Below the pieces are notes generated by a model. The model was not told the origin of the DNA and ran no database searches. It was given only the letters and a program-made list of their open reading frames with translations. A stretch of 64,000 nucleotides of DNA from an uncultured Acidimicrobiia bacterium (lineage in GTDB: Bacteria; Acidobacteriota; Terriglobia; Versatilivoradales; Versatilivoraceae): assembly GCA_963786955.1 (NCBI GenBank), contig CAWBAT010000005.1:896001-960000 (forward strand), in the 5' to 3' direction. A program made the position numbers and the translations under genes. Positions 19,812 to 31,213 of the stretch are shown here, in pieces; position 1 is the first letter of the stretch, and each line of letters opens with the position of its first letter.

Positions 19812-21161
19812 ATGATTATGGCGTCCGCCCACAAATTACCGTCAGTTGCTATCATTGGTCGTCCCAACGTCGGGAAATCGACTTTGTTTAACCGGATCTG
19901 TGAAAAACACAAAGCTCTGGTGGGTAACGAAGCGGGTATGACCAGGGATCGAATTATGGAGGTGGCTAATTGGAAAGGCCGGCATTTCGAGATTATTGAT
20001 ACGGGGGGAATCATCCCTTCAGATGACGAACTGATCCCCCAAAACATATTGATCCAGGCGAAGAAAGCCATCGAGAAAGCATCCGTTATCTTGTTCGTTG
20101 TGGACTGCCAAACCGGGATCGTGCCTGCAGACCAGGAACTGGCGAAATTCTTGATGCAGTCTTCAAAACCTGTTTTTTTGACCGTCAACAAGCTTGACAG
20201 CCCTAAGTCCTGGAATGACGCCCAGCAATTCTACGAATTAGGATTCGGCGAGATATTCCTTGTTTCCGCGGAGCACGGTTTGAACATTGGAGACCTGTTG
20301 GATGGAGTGGTCGATGTTCTGCCACTGGAGGGGCCTTCTCCAGAGCCGGGTGAGCCGGAAATACGAGTGGCCATTGTGGGAAAACCCAATGTCGGGAAGT
20401 CCACGTTGCTGAATCGGATTCTTGGTGAGGAACGTTCCATTGTTTCTTCCATTCCTGGAACGACTCGCGATGCGGTTGACTCCCTCGCCATTCGAAATGG
20501 CCGCTTATACCGATTCATTGATACGGCAGGCATCCGAAAAAAAACCCAAACGGAACGCATGGCTGAAAAATTGAGCGTCATCATGGCCCGCAAGAACCTG
20601 GAACGTTGCGATGTAGCTTTGGTGGTAGTGGATGCCTGTGAAGGGATCTCTTCTCTGGACGCGACCATTGCTGGCTATGCCAAGGAGGCCGGTAGTTCAG
20701 TCATCCTTGTGATCAATAAGTGGGATAAGATTCCCAAAGATACTTTTACGATGCACACGTTTGAAGAAGGGATCCGTGCTAAGATAAAATATTTAGATTA
20801 TGCGCCAATCATTTTCATTTCTGCCCAGAGCGGGCAGAGGGTAATCAAGTTATTTACTCTCATTGACCAGGTTTTTGAAGCTCGCCGGTTCCGAGTGACA
20901 ACGGGAGAATTAAATTCTTTTCTGCAAAACGTGGCGCTCTCCAAGGCTCCTGTTCCTTTTACGGATCAGGTGAAGGTACACTATATGACCCAGGTGGGTG
21001 TGGCCCCACCGATTTTTGCGCTTTTTACAAACCGGCGCAGCAAGATCCATTTTTCGTTGGAGCGCTATCTCGTGAACCAGATCCGAGCACGTTTCGGATT
21101 CCTCGGGACACCGATCCAGGTCAAGCAGAAGCTGGAGACTAGACGGCGCCAGAGGGCTTGA
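19812..21161 (+). CDS. der: Ribosome biogenesis GTPase Der (EngA)
   Basis: Two G domains (GRPNVGKS / GKPNVGKS, DTGG / DTAG, NKLD / NKWD) plus a KH-like C-terminus. Confidence 0.97.
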   Translation: MIMASAHKLPSVAIIGRPNVGKSTLFNRICEKHKALVGNEAGMTRDRIMEVANWKGRHFEIIDTGGIIPSDDELIPQNILIQAKKAIEKASVILFVVDCQTGIVPADQELAKFLMQSSKPVFLTVNKLDSPKSWNDAQQFYELGFGEIFLVSAEHGLNIGDLLDGVVDVLPLEGPSPEPGEPEIRVAIVGKPNVGKSTLLNRILGEERSIVSSIPGTTRDAVDSLAIRNGRLYRFIDTAGIRKKTQTERMAEKLSVIMARKNLERCDVALVVVDACEGISSLDATIAGYAKEAGSSVILVINKWDKIPKDTFTMHTFEEGIRAKIKYLDYAPIIFISAQSGQRVIKLFTLIDQVFEARRFRVTTGELNSFLQNVALSKAPVPFTDQVKVHYMTQVGVAPPIFALFTNRRSKIHFSLERYLVNQIRARFGFLGTPIQVKQKLETRRRQRA

Positions 21162-21195
21162 ATGACTCCTCTGCAGTCAAATTAGGAGGGGAACA

Positions 21196-21654
21196 ATGGG
21201 TCAAAAGGATCCGGCACAACGATCGGTTCGGAAAAGAGAATCCGGCAAAATGATTGAGATTCCCAACAAGCTTTTTTTCCGCATCGGTGAAGTCTGCAAA
21301 TTGATACAACTGGAACCCTATGTGTTGCGCTTTTGGGAAACCGAATTCCCGACGCTCTCTCCAGCCAAAGGGGCAAACGGGAGACGCATGTACCGGAAGA
21401 AGGACGTCGAGCTGCTCTTCCAAATCAAAGACTTGCTTTATAAACAGGGTTTTACGATCGCTGGTGCTAAAAAAGTATTGGGAGAGTTACGCAGAGGCGA
21501 TGCAAATCCGCACGCTTCTCATCCTGTTCAGGAAGTTCTGGGAACCGGCGATTCGAGTCGTGAAACTGCCCGATCAAAAATTCCTTCCGAAACGCTCCAT
21601 CAGCTGAAATCCCAGCTGCGCGATATCTTGACAATATTAAATCGAAGGTGTTAG
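21196..21654 (+). CDS. MerR-family HTH transcriptional regulator
   Basis: [12 protein letters not shown]...[10 protein letters not shown]...RRMYRKKD...GFTIAGA; GGAGG SD. Sits upstream of tRNA-Pro, as is common for this subfamily. Confidence 0.9.
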   Translation: MGQKDPAQRSVRKRESGKMIEIPNKLFFRIGEVCKLIQLEPYVLRFWETEFPTLSPAKGANGRRMYRKKDVELLFQIKDLLYKQGFTIAGAKKVLGELRRGDANPHASHPVQEVLGTGDSSRETARSKIPSETLHQLKSQLRDILTILNRRC

Positions 21655-21668
21655 AGTCCGTCTGGTTC

Positions 21669-21745
21669 CGGGACGTAGCGCAGCCTGGTAGCGCACACGC
21701 TTGGGGTGCGTGGGGTCGGAGGTTCAAATCCTCTCGTCCCGACCA
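21669..21745 (+). tRNA. tRNA-Pro (GGG)
   Basis: Cloverleaf: acceptor CGGGACG/CGTCCCG, anticodon arm CACGC-TTGGGGT-GCGTG, GGTTCAAATCC T arm, encoded CCA. Confidence 0.97.
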
Positions 21746-21767
21746 TTCTTCTTTAGAGACCTCACAA

Positions 21768-22541
21768 TTGGCAAGAGTACTTCTCACGAATGATGATGGG
21801 ATTCACTCTCCAGGCATTATTGCCCTGGAAAACGCCTTCTCACAACTGGCAGAGGTCACCGTAGTGGCACCCAACCGGGAAATGAGTGCCACCAGTCATT
21901 CATTGACGATTCACCGGCCCGTCCGTTACGAGGAAGTGGGCTCCCATAAGTTCGCCGTTGATGGAACTCCGGCCGACTGCGTTCTTCTAGCGTTGAACTA
22001 TCTTCTGCCTGCGAAACCGGATCTCGTTGTATCCGGGATCAACAAAGGTCCTAACTTAGGACGTGATATCGGCTATTCCGGCACTGTCGCCGCAGCAATT
22101 GAGGCCGCCTATCACGATATTCCTGCTTTTGCCATTTCGCTTGCGACACGCACGGAATTGCGATTTGAGGAAGCCGCTCAATTTGCGGTGTCGTTGGCAT
22201 CGAAGATGCAAAATGAGCCCCTGGCTGCGGGAATATTGTTGAATGTCAATGTCCCCCCGGGAGAAATCCGAGGAATGCGGATCACGCATCAGGGTAGGCG
22301 GAATATTCAAAATTTGGTCATCGAAGAACGGGATCCGCGAGGTCGCAAATATTTCTGGTTTGATCAGAGGTTTGATTCTTCCCAAACAGACGATGATCCG
22401 GCGTCTGACTATGCGGCGATTGCGGCCCATTATGTTTCCATAACACCGATCGAAGTAGACCGCACAGGCTACGGCTTGGCTGAAAACATCGCGCATTGGC
22501 CGGATAGCCTATCGAAAGAAAAAGTCGAACAAGTATCATAA
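21768..22541 (+). CDS. surE: 5'/3'-nucleotidase SurE
   Basis: [36 protein letters not shown]. The true start is likely TTG 21768; the longer ORF from 21648 runs through the tRNA. Confidence 0.95.
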   Translation: MARVLLTNDDGIHSPGIIALENAFSQLAEVTVVAPNREMSATSHSLTIHRPVRYEEVGSHKFAVDGTPADCVLLALNYLLPAKPDLVVSGINKGPNLGRDIGYSGTVAAAIEAAYHDIPAFAISLATRTELRFEEAAQFAVSLASKMQNEPLAAGILLNVNVPPGEIRGMRITHQGRRNIQNLVIEERDPRGRKYFWFDQRFDSSQTDDDPASDYAAIAAHYVSITPIEVDRTGYGLAENIAHWPDSLSKEKVEQVS

Positions 22542-22618
<77 letters not shown>

Positions 22619-22640
22619 ATCTTTTTAAAGGACCTTGCAA

Positions 22641-23162
22641 ATGGAGCAATTTAAGAAGCTAATCCGAAATGTGCCGGATTTTCCAAAGAAAGGCATTCTT
22701 TTTTACGACATCACCACTTTACTGAAGAATGCAAAGGCCTTCCGGGAGGTCATGGACTTGCTCACAGAGCGGTACAAAAATCAGAAGATAGATCTCGTGC
22801 TCGGCGTGGAATCACGCGGTTTTATCTTTGCACCCATCCTGGCTTACCAGTTGGGCGCAGGCTTCGTACCGGTTCGTAAGCCGGGCAAGCTCCCCGCAGA
22901 AAGTGTCAAAGTCTCTTATGACTTGGAGTACGGTAAAGATTCTTTGGAGATCCATAAAGACGCGATTCAGCCGCAACAACGAGTACTCATTGTCGACGAT
23001 TTACTAGCCACGGGTGGAACAGCGGCGGCGGTCACTCAAATGGTTGGGCAGATGGGAGGGCAGGTTGTCGCACTAGCGTTTCTTGTGGAACTCGCGTTCT
23101 TGGATGGGCGGAAAAAGCTCAGCGGATTTGAGGTCTTTTCTCTACTGCAGTATCAGAACTAA
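22641..23162 (+). CDS. apt: Adenine phosphoribosyltransferase
   Basis: [34 protein letters not shown] motif [13 protein letters not shown]. Confidence 0.96.
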   Translation: MEQFKKLIRNVPDFPKKGILFYDITTLLKNAKAFREVMDLLTERYKNQKIDLVLGVESRGFIFAPILAYQLGAGFVPVRKPGKLPAESVKVSYDLEYGKDSLEIHKDAIQPQQRVLIVDDLLATGGTAAAVTQMVGQMGGQVVALAFLVELAFLDGRKKLSGFEVFSLLQYQN

Positions 23163-24695
23163 CTAGTTTTCATGACCGAACTGCTTCAAAATTCGTAAGA
23201 AGTCTCCTTCCCGCGATAGAAAAGCATCAACCACATTAGGATCAAAGTGTTTTCCTCGGTCCAGTAAGAGACGGCGCTTGGATTCCCCCGGTTCCACGAT
23301 GTCTTTGTAAACTCGTTTCGAGGTAAGCGCATCATAAGCATCCGCAAAAGCTACGATGCGGGCGGAGAGAGGGATGGAGTAGCCTGAGAATTTGAACGGA
23401 TATCCAGTTCCGTCAAATTTCTCGTGATGGTGATAGGCGATTTCTTTACCCAATGTCAGAAAGGACTTCGCCGGGAGTCGCTTTTCCGCAGCCCGCAAGG
23501 CATCGCCCCCGATGACGGTATGAGTCTTCATGATTTCGTACTCTTCGACAGTCAATTTACCGGGTTTGAGCAAGATGCTGTCGGGAATTCCGACTTTGCC
23601 GACGTCGTGCAGCGGACTTGATTTATACAACGAATCAATGAAGGCGTCGTTCACTTCGTTTTTGTATTTGGGCAAGGAGCCTAATTGGTCAGCAAGGATG
23701 CGGCAGTACTCACGCATTCTTTCCAAGTGGACCCCGGTCTCGGGATCACGACATTCGGCCAACTTCGCAAATCCGATAATGGCAGCATCCTGAGCCGATT
23801 GAACCTCACTCAGACGCTCGATCAGCTGTTGCTCCATAAGCTTCTTATCGGTAATGTCCCGCACGATAAAAACATCCGCAAAGGCTTTCCCGCGCGAGTC
23901 TTTGACGCGGGAAATGGTCAAATTCGCAAACCATTCAAGGCCGCCCTTCCGTTGATCTACGACCTCGCCCGACCAGCTTCCAGTGGTAAGAAGAGAATGG
24001 GCTACCTCTCGACCGAAATCCTTGACCCCGCTTCCACCCGTCAAAATGCTTGGAATGGTGCCGAGTAATTCATGGCGGCTGAAACCCGTTATCTTCTCGT
24101 AGGCTGGGTTAATCATAATGACCCGGTTTTCCAAGTCTGTGATCATGACTCCATCGATGGTACTTCGGACAATATCCTCAAAGAGAATCGATTCGACCAT
24201 TCCGAGTTCGGCTCTTTCCCGTAAACTTTGTTTGTCGCTCTGTTCTTTGAGAATTGTCTCGCGCCTTTTTAAGGCACCATGAACCGTTGTCAGGATTTCA
24301 GTTGCGGTTAAAGGCTTGACAATGTAGTCGAAGGCACCGTTCTTGAGTGCCTTTCGGACCATGCCGGAATCATTTTGTCCGCTGACGAGAATGACAGCGA
24401 TCTCAGGGTATCGAGTTATGATTTCTCGAAGGAGGTCCATGCCGGACTTTTCAGGCATGATCAGGTCTGTTAAGACACAGGCGTAGGCTTGTTTTTCAAG
24501 GTAGAGAAGCGCCTCAGCAGCACAACTGGCTTGGTCACATTCATATCCGCCGTGGGCCAGGATATCCGCAATGGCCTTTCTTACGGCATGATCATCATCA
24601 ACGACGAGTAAGCGATGAGCGTGGCAAGAGGTCTCCTCGACTTTATGAATCGACGGGGAAGAGGCGGCCTGATCATTGGGGGAGACTGATGGCAT
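23163..24695 (-). CDS. REC-PAS-HD-GYP response regulator / c-di-GMP phosphodiesterase
   Basis: REC (LLVVDDD, TDLIMP, YIVKP), PAS (NPAYEKITGFS...RDITDKK), LHDVGK, HHHEKFDGTGYP, ADAYDALTSKRVYK. Confidence 0.93.
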   Translation of the reverse strand: MPSVSPNDQAASSPSIHKVEETSCHAHRLLVVDDDHAVRKAIADILAHGGYECDQASCAAEALLYLEKQAYACVLTDLIMPEKSGMDLLREIITRYPEIAVILVSGQNDSGMVRKALKNGAFDYIVKPLTATEILTTVHGALKRRETILKEQSDKQSLRERAELGMVESILFEDIVRSTIDGVMITDLENRVIMINPAYEKITGFSRHELLGTIPSILTGGSGVKDFGREVAHSLLTTGSWSGEVVDQRKGGLEWFANLTISRVKDSRGKAFADVFIVRDITDKKLMEQQLIERLSEVQSAQDAAIIGFAKLAECRDPETGVHLERMREYCRILADQLGSLPKYKNEVNDAFIDSLYKSSPLHDVGKVGIPDSILLKPGKLTVEEYEIMKTHTVIGGDALRAAEKRLPAKSFLTLGKEIAYHHHEKFDGTGYPFKFSGYSIPLSARIVAFADAYDALTSKRVYKDIVEPGESKRRLLLDRGKHFDPNVVDAFLSREGDFLRILKQFGHEN

Positions 24696-24830
24696 AACGC
24701 CTACGTGAGCCTCAGCTCATTTGATTCTCGACGACCTAAAATTCCTTTTTGCATCATGAGAGGATCCAATATTTCTCTGCAAATGCCTAATCAGCTAAAG
24801 ATCTCTCGGTAAGTCTCATTAACAAACTTC

Positions 24831-24858
24831 CTATCGGGCTGAATTCACCATGACTTTA
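24831..24858 (-). promoter_or_regulatory. Putative sigma-28 (FliA) promoter for the HD-GYP gene
   Basis: Minus strand reads C-TAAAGTCA-N12-CCCGATAG, about 135 nt upstream of the HD-GYP start. Confidence 0.55.
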
Positions 24859-24978
24859 GGCACTTTTTGGCACTACGAGCCGCGATTCCAGGGAACTTTA
24901 GGCGGATAGACCCGAAATCAAACCAGAAAATGGCCTGGTTCCTAGGTCGATTGAATGCTGGAGGTCGAGAAGAAACAA

Positions 24979-25812
24979 TTAATGGGAGGCTGACTTCTCA
25001 ATAGCTTGCTTGAGTTTTTCTGCCTCGGGGTCAGATGGGAAGTACACTTGAAAGTTATTCAGGAAGTACTTAGCCCGGTCGTATCGCTGCAACATGATCT
25101 CGATTTGGATGAGAGCAACAAAAGTTTGCCGATTCTGTGCTGGATCCAGCCGGGTAACAGCTTCCAATTGAATTTCTGCCCTCCCATAGTCACGTTTCGC
25201 CAGATAGATCTTGCCCAGAGCAAGGTGGGCCCTTAAGTTTCCGTCTTCGAGTTCCAGCACGGACTGGAAGGCTTTCAACGCTGAATCCAGCTCCCCTCTC
25301 TCCAGGTAGATATTTCCAAGATTCAGATAAGGCATGGGAGAGTTGCTATTGATCTCAATAGCCTGTTTGTAGGCCTCAATGGCCTGATTCCATTCTTTCT
25401 GTTTCTGATATTGCGCTCCGAGGTTGTTGTAGGCCTCGAGGAAATTTGGGTCTTCTTTAATGGCTTTTTGAAGGTGCTCGATGGCCTTGAGATAATTCCC
25501 GCGGGCCGTTTCCTCAGAAGCTTGTCGAAAGGCTTTCAATGCCTTTTTTGACACAGAGCTGGAAAGCTCACCGCCAGTACTGGAGCCCTTATGAAAGCTT
25601 TCTTTGGTGCTTTCACGGACCGTCGTCGAATCGCCCGAGATTCTGACCTCCCAAGTAAAGGTTTTCACAGAAGTGTTTTTAATCTCTAGAGGACGAGCAA
25701 TGGTCGCTTGGTATTCACGCTCAATCGTTACCAGGTATTGACCGGGGGCCAGTTGGTCGAAAATAGCCGTCCCTTCATACCCCAGTTCCCTTTCCCCCAT
25801 GATAGCTCCCAT
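24979..25812 (-). CDS. Tetratricopeptide-repeat protein; the N-terminus (signal + beta-sandwich) probably extends upstream across frameshifts to ~26040
   Basis: Clear TPRs (AIKEDPNFLEAYNNLG, PYLNLGNIYLERG, AHLALGKIY). Upstream frames give a hydrophobic leader (SLASLLIGIVLYF) and YTFRVRV. Confidence 0.8.
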   Translation of the reverse strand: MGAIMGERELGYEGTAIFDQLAPGQYLVTIEREYQATIARPLEIKNTSVKTFTWEVRISGDSTTVRESTKESFHKGSSTGGELSSSVSKKALKAFRQASEETARGNYLKAIEHLQKAIKEDPNFLEAYNNLGAQYQKQKEWNQAIEAYKQAIEINSNSPMPYLNLGNIYLERGELDSALKAFQSVLELEDGNLRAHLALGKIYLAKRDYGRAEIQLEAVTRLDPAQNRQTFVALIQIEIMLQRYDRAKYFLNNFQVYFPSDPEAEKLKQAIEKSASH

Positions 25813-26079
25813 CGTTGCGGGATCAACTTCACTTTAATGGCTAATTCTGTAGCTCTTTTCGGCAACGAGTACCCTTACTCTAAAGGTGTAGTGAGCTAGG
25901 TCTGAAGTTCCTTGCCCTCGCAGATCCGAGAAATAATGAATGAAAATACAGCACAATGCCGATAAGAAGTGAAGCCAGAGATAATTTTGGTAAACCGGAA
26001 TGATGGTTTGGCTTTTTTCGATGAAACTTTATTATTGATCATTCTTAGCTGGAAGCCTTTTTGCACACTAGGTAACCTT

Positions 26080-26475
26080 ATGGAGCATCCAATGGTATCC
26101 CTTCAATCCTATTCCGAATCCAGCAGGTGTTTATGGCAGATAAACGAAATATCAACGAATCTGAAAGATACCGGGGCCGAAAGAAGAAACTTCGCGCGTG
26201 AGCGCATCCACATTGAAGTAGAGATTTGGAAGGACTTCAAGCGGGCCAAAGGGGTGATGGAATACCTCAGCTTTGGCGGGGCATTAGTGAGTCTTCATAG
26301 TCCATTCCTAACCGATAGTTTAGTAAACATCCGCTTTGATTTACCCGGGCAATACCTAGCTTTCGAGGGTCAGGCAAAGGTGGTCTGGGTTCAGAAAGAC
26401 AAGGCCATGGGAATTCAGTTTGTGGACCTTGCCAACACCGAACGAACTAAGTTGGAACAACTTCTTGTCCGCTGA
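26080..26475 (+). CDS. Stand-alone PilZ-domain protein (start uncertain)
   Basis: RRNFAR (RxxxR), YLSFGG, AKVVWV...MGIQFVDL. An ATG with SD at 26133 lies in another frame and may be the real start if there is an indel. Confidence 0.8.
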   Translation: MEHPMVSLQSYSESSRCLWQINEISTNLKDTGAERRNFARERIHIEVEIWKDFKRAKGVMEYLSFGGALVSLHSPFLTDSLVNIRFDLPGQYLAFEGQAKVVWVQKDKAMGIQFVDLANTERTKLEQLLVR

Positions 26476-26545
26476 GAAGCGATTTCTACCGCAAAGATAC
26501 TTTCCGATTTCTTCGTCGGCTGCCCGAAGTTCACGCCAGCTCTGG

Positions 26546-27878
26546 CTAAGGGTGGATCCAGGGCTGGCGGTAGGGTCGACGTAGCAGCTGATTCGCTTCC
26601 GCATCCCCCAAAACTATTTGCTTCTCCGCATCCCAGGTCAGACTCCGACCCAACTGGAGCGATACATTAGCCAAGATACAGCTTGCCGTTGAGATATGAC
26701 CTTCTTCGATATCGGCGACGGGTCGACCTCGCGTGGCACTAGCCCGCAAGAAATCCTGCATGTGATATCGAATAGCCGGGGCCACATGGAGTTCTATTCG
26801 CTTCTCGGCCTTGATCTTCGGGATACTGCTCCAACTCAAAAGCCACGTCACGATGCACCGGCTGGCCCTCCCCTAACGGAGTATAGTCAAAGCTGTACAC
26901 ACTCACCTTGAGTGTGCCTTTATCCCCATAAATTGTAGCGCTCCAGGGGTATTTCGGATCCACGGGAGGCCCCCAGTTTCGGAATTGCCAAACAACGGAG
27001 AAATTGCCGAAGTCAAAGGTGGCCGTTTGTGTGTCTGGGATATTCGATTTACTGCCTTTATCGATGAGAATCCCTCCGCTCGAGTCAATTCGTTTTGGCC
27101 AGCCCAGATCGAGCAGCCAGCGAACCATGTCGAGCATATGGATGCCCATATCGCCCATCACTCCATTCCCGTATTCCTTGAAAGCGCGCCATCCGCCCGG
27201 ATGGACGAGTTTGTTGTAGGGTCGCATCGGGGCAGGCCCGGTCCACATTTCATAGTCCAAGTAGGCCGGAGGCGCTGTGTCGGGGGGATTTTCGCTGGTT
27301 CGCATGTGATGGTAACAACAAATCTCAACCAGTCCGACGGTACCGAGCTTGCCTTCTCGGACAATGGTATTGCGCGCTTCGACAATGTGCGGCGTACTGC
27401 GCCGTTGAGTACCCACCTGGACAACCCGTTTGTGCTTTCGGGCGGCGGCAACCATCGCCTCTCCCTCCACTACATCGACGCTGATCGGTTTCTGGACATA
27501 GACGTCAGCTCCAGCCTCAACAGCGGCTATCATGGGCAAGGCATGCCAATGGTCTGGGGTATCGATAAGGACGACGTCGAGGTCCTTTTCTTTAAGCATT
27601 GCGCGATAGTCCCCGTAAGTCCGTGGCTTCTTCTTTGAGGCTTGGCGCACGGCAACCAATTCGGCTGCTTCAGCCAGCATATCCCTGTCCACGTCGCAGA
27701 GCGAGACGACTTCTACGGGCGCCACCTGGATCAATCGATATAAGTCCAGTTTGCCATACCAGCCACTGCCAATCAGGCCGACCCGCAGCTTGCGATCTGC
27801 AGCAAACTCCGCACCGTACCCTGCCCTCGCAGACAAAACCAAACCCGCACTGGCCTGTAAGAATTTTCGACGATTCAT
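26546..27878 (-). CDS. Tat-exported Gfo/Idh/MocA oxidoreductase, frameshifted near 26812
   Basis: MNRRKFL Tat motif, GLIGSGWYG, TPDHWHA, QKP, VGTQRRS, DMGIHMLD. The C-terminus (KAEKRIELHVAPAIR...RRPYRQPW) continues in ORF 26546..26851. Confidence 0.88.
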
Positions 27879-28310
27879 AACTTAAGTCCCCCGATGAAAG
27901 AGAATTGCAAGCGTGAAAGAAAACAAACCATAAGGAACGAAGTCTCGGTCATTAATTTGCGCCCGATTCATCTTAAGAATACCCTTCTTATATGAAATGC
28001 GCAGCATGTCCGGAAGATGAATTTCTCGCTGCCTCCATCCTCCAATCGTTAATGGTACCTAAAAAATTCTGTTCCCTGGACTGAATTCTTGTCAGCGAGC
28101 GAATGGCGTCACAGTTTCTTAGACCCTATTTCAGCTGGGTTGATTTGTATCCATTTGAGGCCAATCCTCTCAAACTTGCCGCTGCCTCAAATCACTCACT
28201 CCACTCCCCGGCCGAACTACCAATCCCCTTGACGCTTTTTCGACCCTAAGTCTAATATATAAGGTTTGGTCTAAGGCCTGGATAGTTCAAGGAGTGGGTA
28301 GGACAGAGAA

Positions 28311-31124
28311 ATGGCAATTGACAAGATTGTGGTCAGAGGGGCTCGGCAGCATAACCTCAAGAATATTAACGTCGAGATCCCGCGCAACCGGCTTACGGTG
28401 ATTACTGGATTGAGTGGTTCAGGCAAGTCGAGCCTGGCTTTCGACACGATCTATGCGGAAGGGCAACGGCGGTACGTTGAATCCCTTTCGGCCTATGCAC
28501 GCCAGTTCCTGGATCAGCTCGAACGGCCCGATGTTGATTCCATCGAGGGGCTGAGCCCTGCCATATCGATTGAACAGAAAACAACCAGCCGTAGCCCGCG
28601 CTCTACCGTCGGCACCATCACCGAGATTTACGACTATCTGCGGTTACTTTACTCCTCCATCGGTGTGCCCCACTGTTATCGTTGCGGCCGGTTAATTGCT
28701 CGCCAATCGACAAAACAAATACTGGAAAACATCCGCTTGCTGCCCGAAGGCGAGCGAATCATGATTCTGGCTCCTTTCGTCCGCGGACGTAAAGGCGAAT
28801 TCAAGCAGGTGCTGGATGATCTGGCGCGAGATGGATTTGTGCGGGCGCGAATCGATGGTACCCTTCACAATCTCGAGGAGAAAATCAAGCTCGATAAGGC
28901 CAAGCACCATACGGTTGAAATTGTTGTGGATCGCCTGCTGATCAAACCGGGAATCGAAAAACGAATAGAGAACTCAATCGAACTTGCGATGAAGCTCGCA
29001 AAAGGCATCGTTCTAGTAGCCGTAATCAATGGTGAGGAGAGGCTTTACTCTGAAAAGCTGGCCTGTGTGGATTGCGGAATTTCCTTACCGGCCATTGAGC
29101 CTCGAACGTTTTCTTTCAACAGCCCTTACGGAGCCTGTTCGGCATGTACGGGTCTTGGGTATAAATTTGCATTGGACCCGGGTCGGATCACTGCAGATCC
29201 CACCAAAACAATCCTCAATGGGGGGCTAGCCATCTGGGCCGATGGCTTCCCTCTACCGGTCAAGAATTTTCTGACTGGGCTCGAGAAGTATTTCGGAGAG
29301 GATGTGCTTAATCGGCCGATCAAATCCTTGCCATCAAAGATTCAGAACGCCATCTGGTCTGGAGTCAGCCAGCACCGGAAACTAGGAGAAGGCATTCTAG
29401 GATTTCTTCGTCATGAACAGGCCTTGGAAGATGGAGAAGGCCAGAGTTACGATGCCTTCCTGGTCGCCACGCCTTGTTCAAGTTGTGATGGCAAACGTTT
29501 GCGACCTGAAAGTTTGGCGGTTCGCGTGGCAGACCATTCGATTGCTCACCTCACCGAACTGTCTGTAACAGAAACTCTCGAGACGATTCGCCAGATCCAA
29601 TTGTCAGAGCGAGATAAGATCATTGCCGGCCGGATCGTTGAGGAGGTGATCCAGCGCCTGGAATTCCTGGAATCGGTAGGGCTAGGGTATTTAAGCTTGG
29701 CGCGGCCGGCCACAACTCTCTCGGGCGGCGAAGGACAGCGCATCCGGCTGGCAACTCAGATTGGCTCCCGGCTCAGGGGAGTGCTCTATGTTCTCGACGA
29801 GCCCTCGATTGGCCTGCATCCAAGAGACAATCAGCGCCTCCTGGGGATGTTGGAACAGTTGAGAGACTTAGGCAATACGGTCATTGTGGTGGAGCACGAT
29901 GAAGAGACCATTCGCCGAGCCGATGCTGTAATCGACCTCGGTCCTGGAGCCGGCCGGCATGGGGGAGAACTGATCGCTTGCGGGACAGCTGCCGAAGTGT
30001 CCATTCAGCAGTACTCGTTGACAGGACGTTATCTGGCAGGCGACCTGACTATTCAAACCCCGTTGATCCGCAGGAAGCCAAATGGGAATTTCCTCATCGT
30101 CAAAGGTGCTGCCGAGAACAATCTGAAGAATATCGACGTCAAGTTTCCTCTTGGGCTGATGATCCTGGTGACAGGCGTGTCTGGATCCGGGAAGTCTTCA
30201 TTGGTAAATGACATTCTCTATCGTGCCTTGGCCCGGAAACTCTACCGTTCGGTCGAAACGCCTGGAAAACATAAAGAGATCCTCGGGATGGAACTTATCG
30301 ATAAGGTGATTGAAATTGATCAATCCCCTATCGGACGCACTCCTCGCTCAAATCCAGCAACGTACACCGGATTGTTTGGACTCATTCGGGATCTGTTTGC
30401 AGCTCTTCCAGAATCTCGGGAACGGGGCTACAAGGCGGGTCGATTCAGCTTTAACGTTAAAGGAGGCCGCTGCGAGGCCTGCCAGGGCGATGGGCTACGG
30501 CGAATCGCAATGAATTTTCTTCCTGACGTTTATGTTCAATGCGAAGTGTGCCAGGGACTTCGTTATAACCGGGAAACATTACTCGTGAAATACAAAGGAT
30601 ACTCTATTGCCGAAATACTCGAATCCACAGTCAGTGAGGCCCTTCATGTTCTGGAGAATATCCCCACGATCCGTACCAAGCTCCAAACTCTGTTGGACGT
30701 TGGGCTCAGTTATATTCACCTTGGCCAGCAAGCCACGACACTTTCGGGGGGAGAGGCGCAGCGGGTCAAACTGGCAAAAGAGTTGAGCCGGCGTGCCACT
30801 GGAAGAACTCTCTACATCCTCGATGAACCCACTACCGGCTTGCACTTTGACGATGTCAGAAAATTATTGGAAGTCTTGAACCGCCTTACGGATCTGGGAA
30901 ACACGGTAATCATCATTGAACACAACATGGATGTGATTAAGACGGCGGACTGGATTATTGACCTCGGGCCCGAGGGGGGCGAAGGGGGTGGGAGAATCGT
31001 CGCACAGGGAACCCCGGAACATATTGTGACAGTCGAGAGGTCCTATACGGGGCAGGCACTACGGAACGTCATCGGCAGCCGATTCCTTAAGGTCGCGGAA
31101 AGTTCTCCCGTTTATTCAAGCTGA
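28311..31124 (+). CDS. uvrA: Excinuclease ABC subunit A
   Basis: Two ABC ATPase sites ([18 protein letters not shown]), LSGGE signatures, Zn fingers (CYRC, CVDC, CEAC...CEVC). Confidence 0.98.
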   Translation: MAIDKIVVRGARQHNLKNINVEIPRNRLTVITGLSGSGKSSLAFDTIYAEGQRRYVESLSAYARQFLDQLERPDVDSIEGLSPAISIEQKTTSRSPRSTVGTITEIYDYLRLLYSSIGVPHCYRCGRLIARQSTKQILENIRLLPEGERIMILAPFVRGRKGEFKQVLDDLARDGFVRARIDGTLHNLEEKIKLDKAKHHTVEIVVDRLLIKPGIEKRIENSIELAMKLAKGIVLVAVINGEERLYSEKLACVDCGISLPAIEPRTFSFNSPYGACSACTGLGYKFALDPGRITADPTKTILNGGLAIWADGFPLPVKNFLTGLEKYFGEDVLNRPIKSLPSKIQNAIWSGVSQHRKLGEGILGFLRHEQALEDGEGQSYDAFLVATPCSSCDGKRLRPESLAVRVADHSIAHLTELSVTETLETIRQIQLSERDKIIAGRIVEEVIQRLEFLESVGLGYLSLARPATTLSGGEGQRIRLATQIGSRLRGVLYVLDEPSIGLHPRDNQRLLGMLEQLRDLGNTVIVVEHDEETIRRADAVIDLGPGAGRHGGELIACGTAAEVSIQQYSLTGRYLAGDLTIQTPLIRRKPNGNFLIVKGAAENNLKNIDVKFPLGLMILVTGVSGSGKSSLVNDILYRALARKLYRSVETPGKHKEILGMELIDKVIEIDQSPIGRTPRSNPATYTGLFGLIRDLFAALPESRERGYKAGRFSFNVKGGRCEACQGDGLRRIAMNFLPDVYVQCEVCQGLRYNRETLLVKYKGYSIAEILESTVSEALHVLENIPTIRTKLQTLLDVGLSYIHLGQQATTLSGGEAQRVKLAKELSRRATGRTLYILDEPTTGLHFDDVRKLLEVLNRLTDLGNTVIIIEHNMDVIKTADWIIDLGPEGGEGGGRIVAQGTPEHIVTVERSYTGQALRNVIGSRFLKVAESSPVYSS

Positions 31125-31213
31125 TTTCCACCTGACTTTGGTCACTCCGAAGAAGGGAACGTGGGCCGCACCCTGTAACTCTCACAAAAAAAACCAGTCC
31201 GGCGGACGGTCCT

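Noticed and set aside
21648-21767. N-terminal extension of the surE ORF, and other ORFs over tRNAs (21467-21787, 54917-55126)
   Set aside because: They are translations of tRNA sequence; the SurE motif begins at 21768.
27879-28310. Searched the uvrA upstream region for a LexA box (GTTC-N7-GTTC or CTGT-N8-ACAG) and for a riboswitch
   Set aside because: Only isolated half-sites and short alternative hairpins were found; nothing supportable.
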